From Mobula birostris (Eukaryota), in NCBI RefSeq assembly GCF_030028105.1, contig NC_092371.1, positions 197,902,031 through 197,966,030 of the forward strand: a DNA stretch of 64,000 nucleotides, written 5' to 3'. The position numbers and the translations under genes are program-made. Shown piece after piece: positions 23,600 to 36,240 of this stretch. Positions within the stretch are counted from its first letter, which is position 1. The number at the start of each line of letters is the position of its first letter. The notes under the pieces were generated by a model. The model was not told the DNA's origin and made no database searches. It was given only the letters and a program-made list of their open reading frames with translations.

Positions 23600-25135
23600 C
23601 ACTAGATCCTTTTTCATTGCCCTCCTTATCTCTGTCTTGATTGGGTGAGCTCTGACCTGTGCCACCACTAACTGGGGCAATAAAACCACCATTTGCAACA
23701 AATATGAGGATTTCTCCACAGAGTTGCACCAGGTTTTCACATATGGGAAGTGGAAGGCAGGCAACGTCTCCTCATTTCCTTCCTGGGCTATGTCCTTTCA
23801 CCCCAAGGCATAACCATGGACCCAGAGGAATTGTGAGCCATCGTTAAATGGCCCTGACTGTGCTTCCTCAAACAGCTACAGCACTTCTTGAGCTTCTCTA
23901 ACTTCTACTGCCACTTCATCAGAAACTACAGTCAGATCATCACTCCTCCCACACCCCTAGCCAGTCAGCTACCTCATGGATAACCCGGTCTACAGCACCA
24001 ACCATGCTTAGATGCTTCTATTCTCCACCATCCAAACCTCTCCGAACCTTTCGTGTTAAAGGTGGATGCACTTGATGTGAGCAGCAGGATAATGCACTCC
24101 CAGTGAGGACTGGACAGGAAGACACACCCTTGTGCTGCTTTCTTGCACAAGTTCAACATTACACACTGCCATTGTGGAATAGGAGATATGGAGCTAATTA
24201 ATGGGCCTTGGAGGAAGGAAAAATTGGCTGATGGGAAATACCAAGCCTTTCCTGATCTGGATTGACCACCATAACCAGGTACATACAACAGGCCCACCAA
24301 CTCAATCCCCATGTCAGTCTCACTGGGCTTCTTCTTCAAAGAATTCAACTTCACCATTTCCAACCAACCTGTTTCCAAGAACACTAAGGTGGAAAGTTCA
24401 ACCAAGCCAAAATGGAGATCAACACCTCAGCCTATTTTTCCATCCTCTCAGGACCGATTCTCCAAGGTGATGCACTTCATGGCCTTCTCCAAACTTCCCT
24501 CAGCCTCTGACATGTAGTTCACCTCCACGACTTCCCTCAGTACATGGTGTCCACAATTCGTCTCCTGCTTCTGGTGAGCCGTTTGCTCACTCCTCCTCAC
24601 CATAAGGAGTTTGTACTCTGCCTATCATTCTGCATACCATGGTCTTTAAGGAGGAGCCAATGAGCAAGCGGAGTGGCTTCTGTGACGCTTTGCCACCACT
24701 AATCCTCACCACTGAAGAAGTATTTTCTCTGTGATGAGCTGTCCCACAATCTACACACCTCCTCTGCCACAGGTACTATATGTCAACCTTTGAAGTGCTT
24801 CATGGCTACCAACCTTTGTTGTTCCCTGCAGAAGACCAAAGATGGAGGTCCCATCTGCCAGGGCTATAGTTTTTCACTGTCAGAATGCTTGGAACAGAGC
24901 ACGGAGGGCCATCCTGGCTGCCTACCATACCTACTCCTGCCAGGCCATCAGTGCCCAACCAGACAACTCTGGCCTGGGGACCATGTCTGGCTGTCCACCC
25001 TAGATCTGGCCCTGCACTCCATCACATCAATCCAGTCACTTAACATCTCCAGCTGCCACTGTCCCTCAAGCTCACAACTACCTTCCATGTATCCTGCCTC
25101 AAGCCCATTGTCTATGGTCCATTCAACCTACAACT
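23600..25135 (+). mobile_element. Decayed Ty3/gypsy (Sushi-like) internal relic with gag, RNase H and integrase fragments
   Basis: Manual translation gives ILHHPNLSEPFVLKVDALDV, THPCAAF, ALEE..WLMG..PFLIWIDH, DRFSKVMHF..KLPSA and PGDHVWLST. Confidence 0.75.
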
Positions 25136-25139
25136 CCAG

Positions 25140-25515
25140 AGCCCTTTTTTTTCCCTCTGTCTCTCCTTTTTCTCCCTCTGTCCCTCTGACTATACCCCTT
25201 ACCCATCCTCTGGGTTTCCCCCTCCTTCCCCTTTTCCTTCTCCCTGGGCCTCCTGTCCCATGATCCTCTCATATCCCCTTTTGCCAATCACCTGTCCAGC
25301 TCTTGGCTCCATCCCTCCCCCTCCTGTCTTCTCCTATCATTTTGGATCTCCCCCTCCCTCTCCCACTTTCAAATCTCTTACTAGCTCTTCCTTCAGTTGC
25401 CTGAAACGTCGACTGTACCTCTTCCTAGAGATGCTGCCTGGCCTGCTGCGTTCACCAGCAACTTTGATGTGTGTTGCTTTAATTTCCAGCATCTGCAGAA
25501 TTCCTCGTGTTTGCG
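25140..25515 (+). mobile_element. Penelope pLTR fragment with the hammerhead 5' core deleted
   Basis: Pyrimidine tract, then GCCTGAAACGTCGACTG..GATGCTGCCTGGCCTGCTGCGTTCACCAGC; same subfamily as 56198-56429. Confidence 0.8.
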
Positions 25516-26450
25516 AATTCCATCATCTAAATCATTGACATATAATGTAAAAAGTATCAGTCCTAACACATCAGTCCCTGTGGAACACCAATAGTCACTG
25601 GCAGCCAGCCAGAAAAGGCTCCCTTTTTTCCCATGTTTTGCCTCCTCCCAATCAGCCACCGCTTTATCCATTCTAGAATCTTTCCATGGGCTCATAGCTT
25701 ATTAAGCAGTCTTATGTGCGGCACCTTGTCAAAGGCCTTCTGAAAATCCAAGTACACAACATCACCCAATCCCCCTTTGTCTATCCTGCTTGTTACGTCA
25801 TCAAAGAATTCCAAGAGATTTGTCAGGCAAGATTTATCTTGTAGAAGTCATGCTGCCTGCAGCCTATTTTATCATGTGCCTGCAAGTATCCCAAAACCAC
25901 ATCTTTAATGATCAATTCCAACACCTTCCCAACTACTGTGATCAGCCTAATTGGCTTATAATGGCCTTTCTTCTGCCTCCCAACCTTCTTGAAAAGTGGT
26001 GTGACATTTACAATTTTCCAGTCTTCCAGAGCCATGGCAGAATCTATTGCTTCTTGAGAGATCATTACTAATGCCTCCTCAATCTCTTCAGGCACATCTT
26101 TCAGAACCCTGATCCAGGTGACCTAACTACTTTCAGATTTTTTGGTTTCCCAAGAACCTTCTTTCTGGTAATGTTAACTTCACACACTTCCTGACCCTGA
26201 CACCTGAAAGTTCCACCATAATGCTAGTGTTTTCACAGTGAAGACTGATGTAATATACTTATTCATTTCATCTGCCAATTCTTTGTCCCCCTTTACCCCC
26301 TCTCCAGTATCATTTTCCAGCAGTCCGATATCAACTCTTGTCTCTCTTTTACACTTCATGTATCTGAAGAAAGTTTTGGTATTCTTTTTAATATTATTGG
26401 CTAGCTTACCTTCAATTCCATCTTCACCTTCTTATTGACTTTTTTAGTAT
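25516..26450 (-). mobile_element. Decayed CR1 RT fragment
   Basis: EDWKIVNVTPLFKK..YKPIRL, DFQKAFDKVPH and LFTLYVNDLDDG. Confidence 0.85.
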
Positions 26451-27449
26451 GACGTTTAGAACGAATCTGAGGTGGACCCTTTTCACTCCGAGACTGACAA
26501 GTATCAGGAATACACTGCCTGAGGGACAGGTGAAAACAGAGTTGCTGACAGCATTTAAGTTTATCCAGATGAGCACTTGAATCACCTAGGCAAGAAGGCT
26601 ATGGGTGAAGTACTGGAAGATGGGATTAAAATGGATGGATGACAAAGGGTCAGCATGGGGATGCTATACCATCTACGGTGAATGAGTCCATGAATATATA
26701 AATCTATGATTCTAGGATCAGTGCCCCAAGCAAATGATGTGGGCTTCTGTTTTTGTGGGTTTTGAGATGACACATGGGACCAGTCTACAGACAAGGCAGG
26801 TGATGGCTAACTGGTCACTGGATATATGGTTTGTAAGGTGGTTCACTCCTTTTGCTGCTTACGCTGTGTTTTTGTGTATTCCTGGTGTGTGGTCTTGGGG
26901 CATTTAATATCACCTCAAGCATTCTTCTCTACTTTGTGTGCTCATAGGGCAGAGGTTCACAGAAGTCAGTGGGGTTGCTGGTGCCACTTTTCCTAAAGGA
27001 AAGATTTGTGTATATGCTGGATTCATTTCTTCAGTCCATCCAATTATTTCTTCCTATGACAAAATGTGTCTGTTTTCAGGAGTCTGATGTCAGGACAAGC
27101 AAATGATATGAACTGCTCTAAATAGCTTACTGAGTGTAACTAGGGTATCAGCCATGAGGATGGGAGAAGGTTGCCCTGAGAAAAGATGCATCTTGGCTTG
27201 CTTGTCCTTCCAGTGAATTTGGTGGATTTTGTGGAAAAAACCAACATATAGGGTGTCAATCTCTGGCGCCTAGTAGACCATGCCTAATGTTTTGATTTTG
27301 AAATAGCCCTTTACTCAATTGATCAATGGCTATAAATGTGAAGTGAAAGCAATGGTGAATTTTGTCAATAATATTTGCCATTACCAAGAAGTGGCTCTGG
27401 AGATACAGGAAATGGTCCATGTCTTCCAAACCTTGCCATGAATCTTTAA

Positions 27450-28050
27450 TGTCAAATGCAGCACAAATTTTGTGAACAGCGAAATCGATGACAGGTAATA
27501 CACAAAAAAAGGTGCCCCACTGAGAAACAAATTTCAGCCCAAAGGTCAGGAATAAAAATAAGAGATTGAAACTGGAAGTGAATCCCACAGATCCATGCTA
27601 GTTTCACCTGCTTGCTAAATCTATTAATAATCATAATGAATCATTGTCAATGACAAAATGATTGGTGCTAAAGTAGGTTGGTTATATAGACAGGTCCATA
27701 TTTTGATGATTCATCAAAAAACTGTGCAGTTTAAACTTTAGAGCAGGTGTTACCATTACTTTTTACCAGTAATGGGAAGATTTGAATGTTTTATAAATGG
27801 CAAGAAGCAGCAAACATCAGAGGTGCAAAGAGGTTTAGGGACTGATCTATGAAAGCAACAGTTTTCCATTGACGCATACAAAAATAATCAAAACAACAAA
27901 TAAAATGTTGGCAAGTTAAACTAAGGAAGGTAAAATATAAAGGGAAGAGAGCTTTGCTGCAGCTGTGCAAAACTTCAGTTAGACTGAATCTGGATTATTT
28001 ATAATACTTCTGGGCATCACATTCTGGAATGGGTGTACTCCTTTGAACTT
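27450..28050 (+). mobile_element. Very old CR1-like RT remnant
   Basis: Faint similarity only (DDKMIG, EVQRGLG, LLQLCKTSVRLNLDY..FWASH). Confidence 0.4.
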
Positions 28051-29599
28051 TAGGAGCCACATCACACCCCAAAATGATCATCTTTGTTCGTTTGTTCCAA
28101 TCTAAGAGATGTTGTAAGTACCTTTTAAATTTAGTTGTACATCACACCGAGTAATATTGAAATTTGTAATGACCAGGCGATTAGAGACAATCTCAATCGT
28201 ATGTTATCCACAGATACCACTCTGCAGTTCTGTCATTGTTGTAAGACTGCAAGGTGGAAGTTACTTCTTGGCAACCCACAGGTGGATTGTCTCATCATCT
28301 CCATTGTTTATGTTGCTGAACTAAGCAACAGTAAAACCTCAGAAACAGCACCTTCTTATCTAAAGGCAAGTAAATGAGCTGAATATATTAAATGTGCCAA
28401 AATATCTCTTGTGAAATATTTGTTCTGCTTGGTACATCTTTCCATTGAAAGGTGGCACTTGAGCCAATAAGCTATTTGATTGCAAAACACTTCTCATAAG
28501 TAATGACCAACATAAATTAACACTGGGTGTTCAGTAAAAAAATAATGAAAATGAAAATGTAATTTGAAATATAAACAGCTCAGATTGTCTCAATAGTTTA
28601 TATAACGTAGCCATTTTTCTTTTTACCTTATAGTGTTCAATTTTTCATAAATGTGGCAAAATACCATAAATCTATCTTAACTGCACCATGCTGTATTTTA
28701 AACCTTTAAAACCCATAAACTAACTCCTGATACCCAATGCTGATTTTGAACACAACGTGCACATTGTAAACATACCAGTGCCAAATGTAAGAGAATGGAC
28801 ATCTCTTTCACTGCATAAGTGAATAAATTTGTTCAGAAATCATTTTCAGTCTTGCCTAACTTGATTTTCTAAATAACGATTTGAAACATCAGTTAGTTGG
28901 AATCTTAGTGAACTACCTTTATTCCTTTATGCCAGAGTAAACAGACTATTTGTACCGTTGTATGGAATAATTAAGTTAATACAGAATAGGCTAATTTCGG
29001 TGTAATATTCTTCACAATAACAAAATGCTTTTCATAACCCAGGCACCGGCAATGCGTGATCTGAATGCAACATACCGACACATTGATATACTTTGACTTC
29101 ACACTTTTCGATTAAACAGTGAACGTTATAACCCACAATTATTTAGACCTCCATTGTAAATTAAACAAGCGTATTTTAAAACACGCGAGAGGGTGCCTAA
29201 GCAGTAAAGGAGACTTATTTTTCATATGTTGAGATAGCAACCGCTCAAATAAAAGCATCTGAAATTATGTTTACTTTTTTGCTGTATATATTTAAATGCA
29301 TTTTCAAAAAAATATGATTGACAAATAGAGATGCGATTGATATAGACATAAGTGGAATTCAGTTGATTATTTTTTATCATGAATGGCGTGAAAGCGTTAA
29401 GATGAAGTGTTGTGAAATCACAATGTTTGCACGTTTCCCTTGCATCTGATAGCGTATTTCTTTCCGTCCCATCGATGTTTCTGCAGCACGGCTGAAACTG
29501 ACCATCTCGGGCAGTAGCAGATCGCTTAACGGTAGGCGGGCTTCTTTTGGCCGCGCAGACTCAGACCATATGACATCAACTAACCACGTTACTACTTCC

Positions 29600-29864
29600 A
29601 AAAGAAAGCGAATATATGGAGTGTATGATTCACGGGGACTGACGCTTGCTTATACTCGTTTGTGCTTTAACAGTACCCCATAACTCAGAGCTGACGCGAG
29701 TCCTGTTCAACAGAATACATACACTTCTACAGGACCTGTACCAAACATTTGTGACTCAACCATTTTCATTGTTTTAACTCGAATGGTAGGATTCAACTGA
29801 TTTCGGATCTAGCGAAAAAGAATAACTGCAGATTTTAAAATAAAACATCGTTTCACCTACAAAG
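29600..29864 (+). other. Candidate non-coding first exon (start uncertain)
   Basis: Consensus splice donor AAG|GTAAGT at 29864/29865, just downstream of the motif cluster. Confidence 0.35.
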
Positions 29865-32673
29865 GTAAGTGGTTGATGCACTGGAGAGAGAAAAATAATG
29901 TTGCATTTTGCGCATGCCGATTCAGACTGCTTGTTTAAGGTCTGCGTCTTTACTATCATCTAGTAATAGTATCTCTACTTTTCTCCCAAACCCGTGCAGT
30001 TTTGTTAAAAGCTCGCATCACTAAATCTGGCATGTCTGATCTAAAATGGCATTTATAATGGCCGAAATGTTGTTGAAACAGAAATCATTTAAGCATTTCA
30101 CTTTCTCATAAAAATTGAGCACGATTCTGGCATCTTGAGATTGAATGAATTAACTGCAGCATACTGCGTTAATTGTGCATATATATCAGCATGGAAAAAA
30201 ATCCATACCATGCATGATTGCCCTTTCCTTATAAAGGTACATTGCTGGTAGTTGGACAATATTTATTGATGCAAGGTGCATGTAATTTTCCACCGTAATT
30301 CCATCGTGAGTTGTGATTCGCAGTCGCGTGCCTGCAAAAAAAAAAATCAACGAAGAAGTCCAGAACGCATAAACATCATTATTCGTCAGTTTCCTAAACC
30401 TTGGAATAGACGAATAGAAGCATGTCACCAGAGGCTGAGAAGTGTATCCGTTAATAAAGCTACCTAATTTCTGTTTGATAATTGAACAAAAACATCGTGG
30501 TGGTTCATTCAATGCAAAAAGCAAAGCGCAGGTTTATGTATTTACGGAGGCTGATGAAGTAATAATGCAAAAGCGACTCCTTAAGTCGATCTCGTGGCTT
30601 AAAACTGAGACGCGTTGCAACATTATCTATCCCCGCCTACTGCCCCCAGCAGGTTTGTTTTATTTCTACAAAAGGCAGCACTGTTGCCTATGGGGAGGTG
30701 GGGGCTGATATTAAAAATATTATTTCTGTGGCAACAGTATGTTTTCCTGCCCTGGTTCTGATGTATGATATTGTTTTGAATCCACATCAGTGTAGTACAG
30801 TGAGTAGCTTACCAGCTAATGACAAATTCATGTAAATGCCGGTACATCATTTAATAATTAGAGTAATTCGAAATCCATAGTTCAATAACGACATCAGCAA
30901 TAAAGTACTGTTTTTGTAGTGGGATAAGGACACGTAGTTCATTTTTTGTCAAAGACATAACTTTGGTAATTTGAATTGCAGAATTGTAATTATTCCTGGT
31001 AATCTACGGTGGTAAAATGCTTATGCTAAACTCCAAACAGCCTTTATTTTAATACATGTTAAAGCGGCATCATGTTGTGACTGTCAAGATTTGCTCTTAC
31101 AAAGTGAGGTTTTCCAGATTATATGAATGGCCAGTTTCGACAGCAGAAATTATCTAGAAATATGATTATGATCAAGGAAACTGAAAGGCTTGGACTTGCG
31201 TAAGCAGATTGTGGATAGATTGATTTTCTGTGAACGTACTGGTAATTTCAATGTTATATTAAAGTCCAGATATTAGATAATAGCGATAATATCTAATGTG
31301 AAATATAGTCTTGCATATCTTTAAAAAGGAATTTCTATGTTGTTTAAAATAACCAGATATCCTTGCAGGTTTCTGAAAATTCATTGGATGTAGATATAGC
31401 TGTAAAAATGTATATCCCAGTTTTAAGCAGCAGGGCAAGACTTATTTTTTCAAGAATACCAGTTACCGGATCACTTTTGGTGTCTCTACCATTTTGATAT
31501 ATTAAATAATTTTTTTCTCTACTAAATTAAGTATTCTTCCTCAAGATCTTTATCCGTTTGGCAAGAGCAGTAGAAACGTCTGGTATAATTTTAAAACTGG
31601 AGTGGGAATTTTACTTGCGGCACTAAATGCCCAAAGGAATTTTAAAAGTGAAGCTAGAAAGTGCTCCACTTAAAATTGACAGCAATGCGCGCACGCGGCT
31701 GATAATGCCCGCAATGCAAAACCAGAAAGGAGAAAATAGCAGACTTTGATAATGTTACGAATTTGTAGCTTGTAGATAAACTGTTTAACACAAAAGTTTT
31801 TTTTCTGACTTTAGAAACTGTCTATTGTCATTTCCAAGTTCACCAGGGATGACTTAGAACTTTCCTGTTAGAAACACCCAGTTTGCAGTTGTCCAGTTTA
31901 GTAGTGAAATGTGAATACAATTCAAGCAAGCTTCGGTGGGGAGCCTTTGTATTTTGTACTGGAAAGGATCTGATTACTTTGGTAATGTAAGGTGCTTCAT
32001 TCTACTGTCAATGAACATGTTTTCATGTGGCTGTGCAGTATATTCTGATGGAGATATAAGGCTTTTAAACAAATTAAAGCAATGCAGTCATTCCTCTATT
32101 GTCTATAGGTATGCTGATTCTTCGTCTGTCATTATCTTTTATTGCATGCACCACTAATAAAGTGCCCCTACTCACTCCCCCCCCCATATTCACAAAAGTG
32201 CGTTGTATAAGCTTGCCCATGGCTTATAAAATAAAGAATCGTATTATTCTTTTTCGTAATTACCGTTCGTTCCTGCAATCTGTAAAACTCAGATAAATCT
32301 GCCTGCACTGTTTTACAACGGTCGTCTTCAAAAAAACTAAAATATTAAGGTCTTCTCGTAATAGGGAAGTCATATCTATGTCACTGTATAATCCATTTAT
32401 TTTGTGGTTATACGATCTTGTTTATTGCGATCATGTTTAAACATCTGATTGAATTAGATTTAACTGGAATTTTTGGTCACTCGTGTGATTACTAATTATT
32501 GACGTGGACCCACGTTTTATCTTTAACAGCTGATAGTTCCCATTGGGACCCGTGCCGCTTCCGAATAACAGTAGATGCGGCTATTATATGGCCGGTTTGT
32601 TATTTTCCAGTTTGTTCGAATACGGGGGAAATGATGTGTGAAGCGAAAATAACTATTGTAACAAAACCAAGTT

Positions 32674-32692
32674 TCTACCAGGGGGCGCCACT
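32674..32692 (+). promoter_or_regulatory. CTCF motif
   Basis: CTACCAGGGGGCGCCAC, one mismatch from the core CCACCAGGGGGCGC, in unique sequence. Confidence 0.55.
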
Positions 32693-33639
32693 AACAAAAT
32701 GCTGAATTGCTAGAAGCTGTTTCAAAAAAAAACTGGGTAATTATACGTTTCGGTAGCTTTTTCAGTACGCGAATGATTATTGTTTCGATGCAATATCTTG
32801 AAATGTCACTTTGAATTCAATCCTCAATTAGCTGCGAACCACTTCTAGTAACTGCACTTCAGTCCATTCCGTTCCGGGAATTCTGAAATTTCACAGGAAC
32901 AAACATGCATGTGTAGTCAGTTTTTATTACTTCTGTCCCAAAACTTTCGGCAATCAGTTAACAGTTTTTAATAAAGGCAATACCGTCATGATCTTTTACC
33001 CATAAACAAGTGTAATTTAATTCCTAACTTATCCTAATTTTTGTCGGTTCACCAATAAAAGTTGTATTTCAGAGTTTCTTCCTCCCCCCCCCCCCCAACT
33101 CATCAAACAGTTCAATGGGATAGTTAGTATATAACCAGAAGACAGATAAAGCCTCTATTAATGTGAATAAAAACACTGCAGATGCAGAAAACGCGATTTT
33201 AAACTAAATTGAAGTTGCTGGAGTGAGACAGGGGATCAGAGATCACCTGTAGGGAAAAATAAAACTAAGTACAGTACTTTTTCAGTACAATGATCAATGC
33301 TACCTGTTCTCCTGGCTACAGTATTTCAATATGATATCTATCTCTACAGACCTTGTAGTGTGTAGAATTGTGAGCATTGGCCTGTGCTTACTTGTAACCC
33401 AGAACCTTCTGACTCAGAAAAGCATGCTGCTGTTGAACCAAAATTTACTGCTGTTGATTTGATGGAAACTGGCTTTTTTTGGCTTAGAGTCTGTGCTGAC
33501 CACGGACCATCCATCTTTATAGTTATCCTAGCCCAATTCAGTCTGTTCTCTCTCCCCCACCCACCACCCCCACTGCCAACGCCCAGATAAGTACTTGATA
33601 GGAATATTGTCCTTAAATTGTCTTTAATTTTCCACTACA

Positions 33640-33812
33640 CACTCAGGTAATTTACAGGAGCCAGTTAATCTTCCAACCACTACACTCAGGATGTGGGAAG
33701 AAACTGAAAACTTAGAGGAAACATGGAGAACTTGCAAACTCCACACAGACAGCACTGGAGGTCCACTTTGAATCCTGGTTTCTGGAGTTGTGAGGCAGAA
33801 CCTCTACTAGCC
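33640..33812 (-). mobile_element. V-domain tRNA-SINE, degenerate
   Basis: The reverse strand has GATTCAAA (B box) and TGTGTGGAGTTTGCAAGTTCTCC..TTTCTTCCCACATCC. Confidence 0.7.
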
Positions 33813-34489
33813 CTGGCTTAAAGCTGGAGGACATGATTGAAACACAAAGGTTGCTCTGGAATTGACTTGCCACCTGCAATATTATTGTTAACATTGTTCA
33901 ATTACCAATATTGAAAATATTCAATAACTCTAAATTCTGAGGCACATAAGTTTCAGAGAAGATAACTTGCAATACAGAACCCAGTGGGAGTGTTTCCAAA
34001 TTGTCATCTGAGGAGGGTGAAGGAAGTATGATATTGGCTTTTTAAAGAAAAGGTCTATCCACCATGTAGCAATAAAAGCAAGCAAGATTTTAAATAAATT
34101 ATAATCCACATATCTTTAGTAGCTGAATTGGTATTATAGATTTGTTTCCCAAGAAACACATGAGAAATGGAAATTAATTCTGCTGAAACGAAGAAGATTA
34201 AGACCGAGATTTAGTGAAAGAGTCTAAATATCCAGATTAAGAGCAATAAGGATTGTAATAATAAATTTAATTAGAAATTTGATGTTTGGTACATAGTCTG
34301 TTTTATTGGTTAACTAGAACTTATTTTGCTTTCATGCTCTTGCATTGTTTGTACAAAGTTTCCATTTAGCACAACTTTTACATCATTCTCAGCATTGTGC
34401 TATTGTTTTTTGACAAACAGTATTGCAGAAGTACTTTTAATCATTTTCAAATCTCAACACCAGACTTTCGAAATTCTACCTACCCCAGG

Positions 34490-35015
34490 CTCCAATAGGC
34501 AAGAGATCTTCAGGGGTACAGAGAAAACATGAAAGATGTTCTCAAAAACTCAACTCTTTTTTTAAAAAAAAAAAATTCACAAACGAGAAAATCTGCAGAT
34601 GCTGGAAATCGGAGCAACACACACAAAATACTGGAGGAACTCAGCAGGCCAGGCAGCATCTATGAAAAAGTACAGTCGACATTTTGGCCAGAAATGTTGA
34701 CTGTACTCTTTTTAATAGATGCTGCCTAGCCTGCTGAGTTCCTCCAGCATTTTGTGTGTGTGTTGCTTTTTTTTTAAAAAAAAAACTCGTGTCAACTTTT
34801 GGGAATACCTGGAACTTGACTCGTCAATGTAGTGAGACTGAAGCCAGGAAGACACTAATAACCTGAGTCTCTTCTGGAGCATACAAAGGTCGTGCTTCAC
34901 CTCACTGCCTTACCTGTCAGTAGAATCTACAGGTCTGACATGGGCCTTGTCAGCCACTTCAGAACACATAGAACTATAATGGAAGTAAGTAATCTGTGGC
35001 TCTGTGGAAATTTCA
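34490..35015 (+). mobile_element. Old RTE-like 3' fragment interrupted by a fold-back pLTR
   Basis: KRSSGVQRK..KDVLK, FWEYLELD and RIYRSDMGLVSHFRTH (Zn-finger-like end). Confidence 0.65.
34579..34765 (-). mobile_element. Fold-back (inverted-repeat) Penelope pLTR insertion
   Basis: Arms at about 34613-34685 and 34692-34767 are reverse complements. Flanked by duplicated C-Tn-An-YTC. Confidence 0.8.
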
Positions 35016-35949
35016 ATGAAAACTTCAGTGTAGTATTTTCAGAAACTTCAATCAAAATAAAGCCTGACCAATATTCAGGTGATTTATCAAAACCCAATGT
35101 GCCAGCAGAAAATGCAGCAATATGCTGTATGGTGACATGTCTATGAAGGTGCTGAGATAAATTAGTTGATGCTATCCAGAAAAAACAGGATAACAATTCT
35201 GAGAACCTCTAAGTGGGAAGCCACCTGGATATGGAAATCATTGCATCTTAATCACAAGACCAAATGCATGCCAATGCTCTGCCTAAACCATTTTGGAAGA
35301 ATTCCTTCACGTGGACTGCAGTTCTTTGAAAATTCTTTCAAGGCAAATTGGGCAAAAATACAGAAAAGTACTTAAAATTATGCCTTTATTTATTGTGTTG
35401 TTTGATGAATGATGTTTATAAAAATACTTAAGTAGGTTAAGGGCTTCATTTCAGAACATCTTTGAGAAGCGAAGTGGTGAGTCATCTGAATGAAGTGCAG
35501 CAGTCCTTGTATAGTACTTCCTTTGTGCTGTTAAGCAAAGAGATTCAGCTTCTGATCCATTTATAGTGGAGCTTACATTATCAGAGACAGGATGGTATCG
35601 GTATTGAAGGAGAATGCAGGTGAAGTTGTTCTGTGACACTGGTGCTAGATACTGGAGAACACAAAATTTACGAGTAGTTTAAAGAAAGCGTGCACCTCAT
35701 GGAGGGGCTAATCATTTGGCATGGCAGAATGAATTCAATTTGAATACATTAATATTGACTCAATTAGCTACAAAATTAAGTTGACTTCCAGACAGACCCA
35801 CTATCTGCATAATAAGTTTTATTATCATTGTACAATTGGGTGTTAAAGGACCCATTGACTTAGATTACAATGGCTATTTAGGTATTTAATTCTATGTTTA
35901 AGGCTATGTCTAAGAATATTTAAAAACAATAATGAACTGAATACGCTAT

Positions 35950-36240
35950 GGCCTGCCATGGTAGCATAGTGGTTAGTGTGATGCTATTGCAGCTTGATGC
36001 ATTCCAGAGTTCAAAGTTCAATTCTGGCACATCTGTAAAGAATTTGTACATTTCCCCAGGAGTGTGTGTGTGTGTTTACTCCTAGCTTCCTCCCACAGTC
36101 CGAAGACCTACTGGTTAGTAGGCTAAATGGTCTCTGTAAATTGTTTTGTAATTAGGCTCGTGTTAAATAGGTGGGTTGCGAGATGATGCGGCTCAATGGC
36201 TTGGAATGACCTTGTCAGTTCGGTATCTCTTTTTTAAAAA
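35950..36240 (+). mobile_element. V-domain tRNA-SINE
   Basis: TAGCATAGTGG A box, GTTCAATTC B box, TTCCTCCCACAGTCCGAAGAC and an A-rich end. Confidence 0.75.

Larger units (their letters stand above)
29030..33200. promoter_or_regulatory. CpG-retaining, repeat-free segment (candidate non-methylated island/promoter)
   Basis: CpG is visibly frequent in otherwise AT-rich unique DNA. GC box-like AGGCGGG at 29534, TGACATCA at 29571, TGACGC at 29640 and 29692, TGACTCA at 29752. Confidence 0.5.

Noticed and set aside
26750-27450. Possible old L1/Tx1-like remnant
   Set aside because: Too degenerate to assign motifs by eye.
34613-34767. MITE/DNA transposon or pre-miRNA interpretation of the hairpin
   Set aside because: The arms are Penelope pLTR sequence, asymmetric in length, with a long TSD-like duplication, unlike TIR elements.
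35455-35476. 22-nt micro-exon (TTTCAG|...|GTGAGT)
   Set aside because: Weak polypyrimidine tract, not frame-preserving, and no supporting context.
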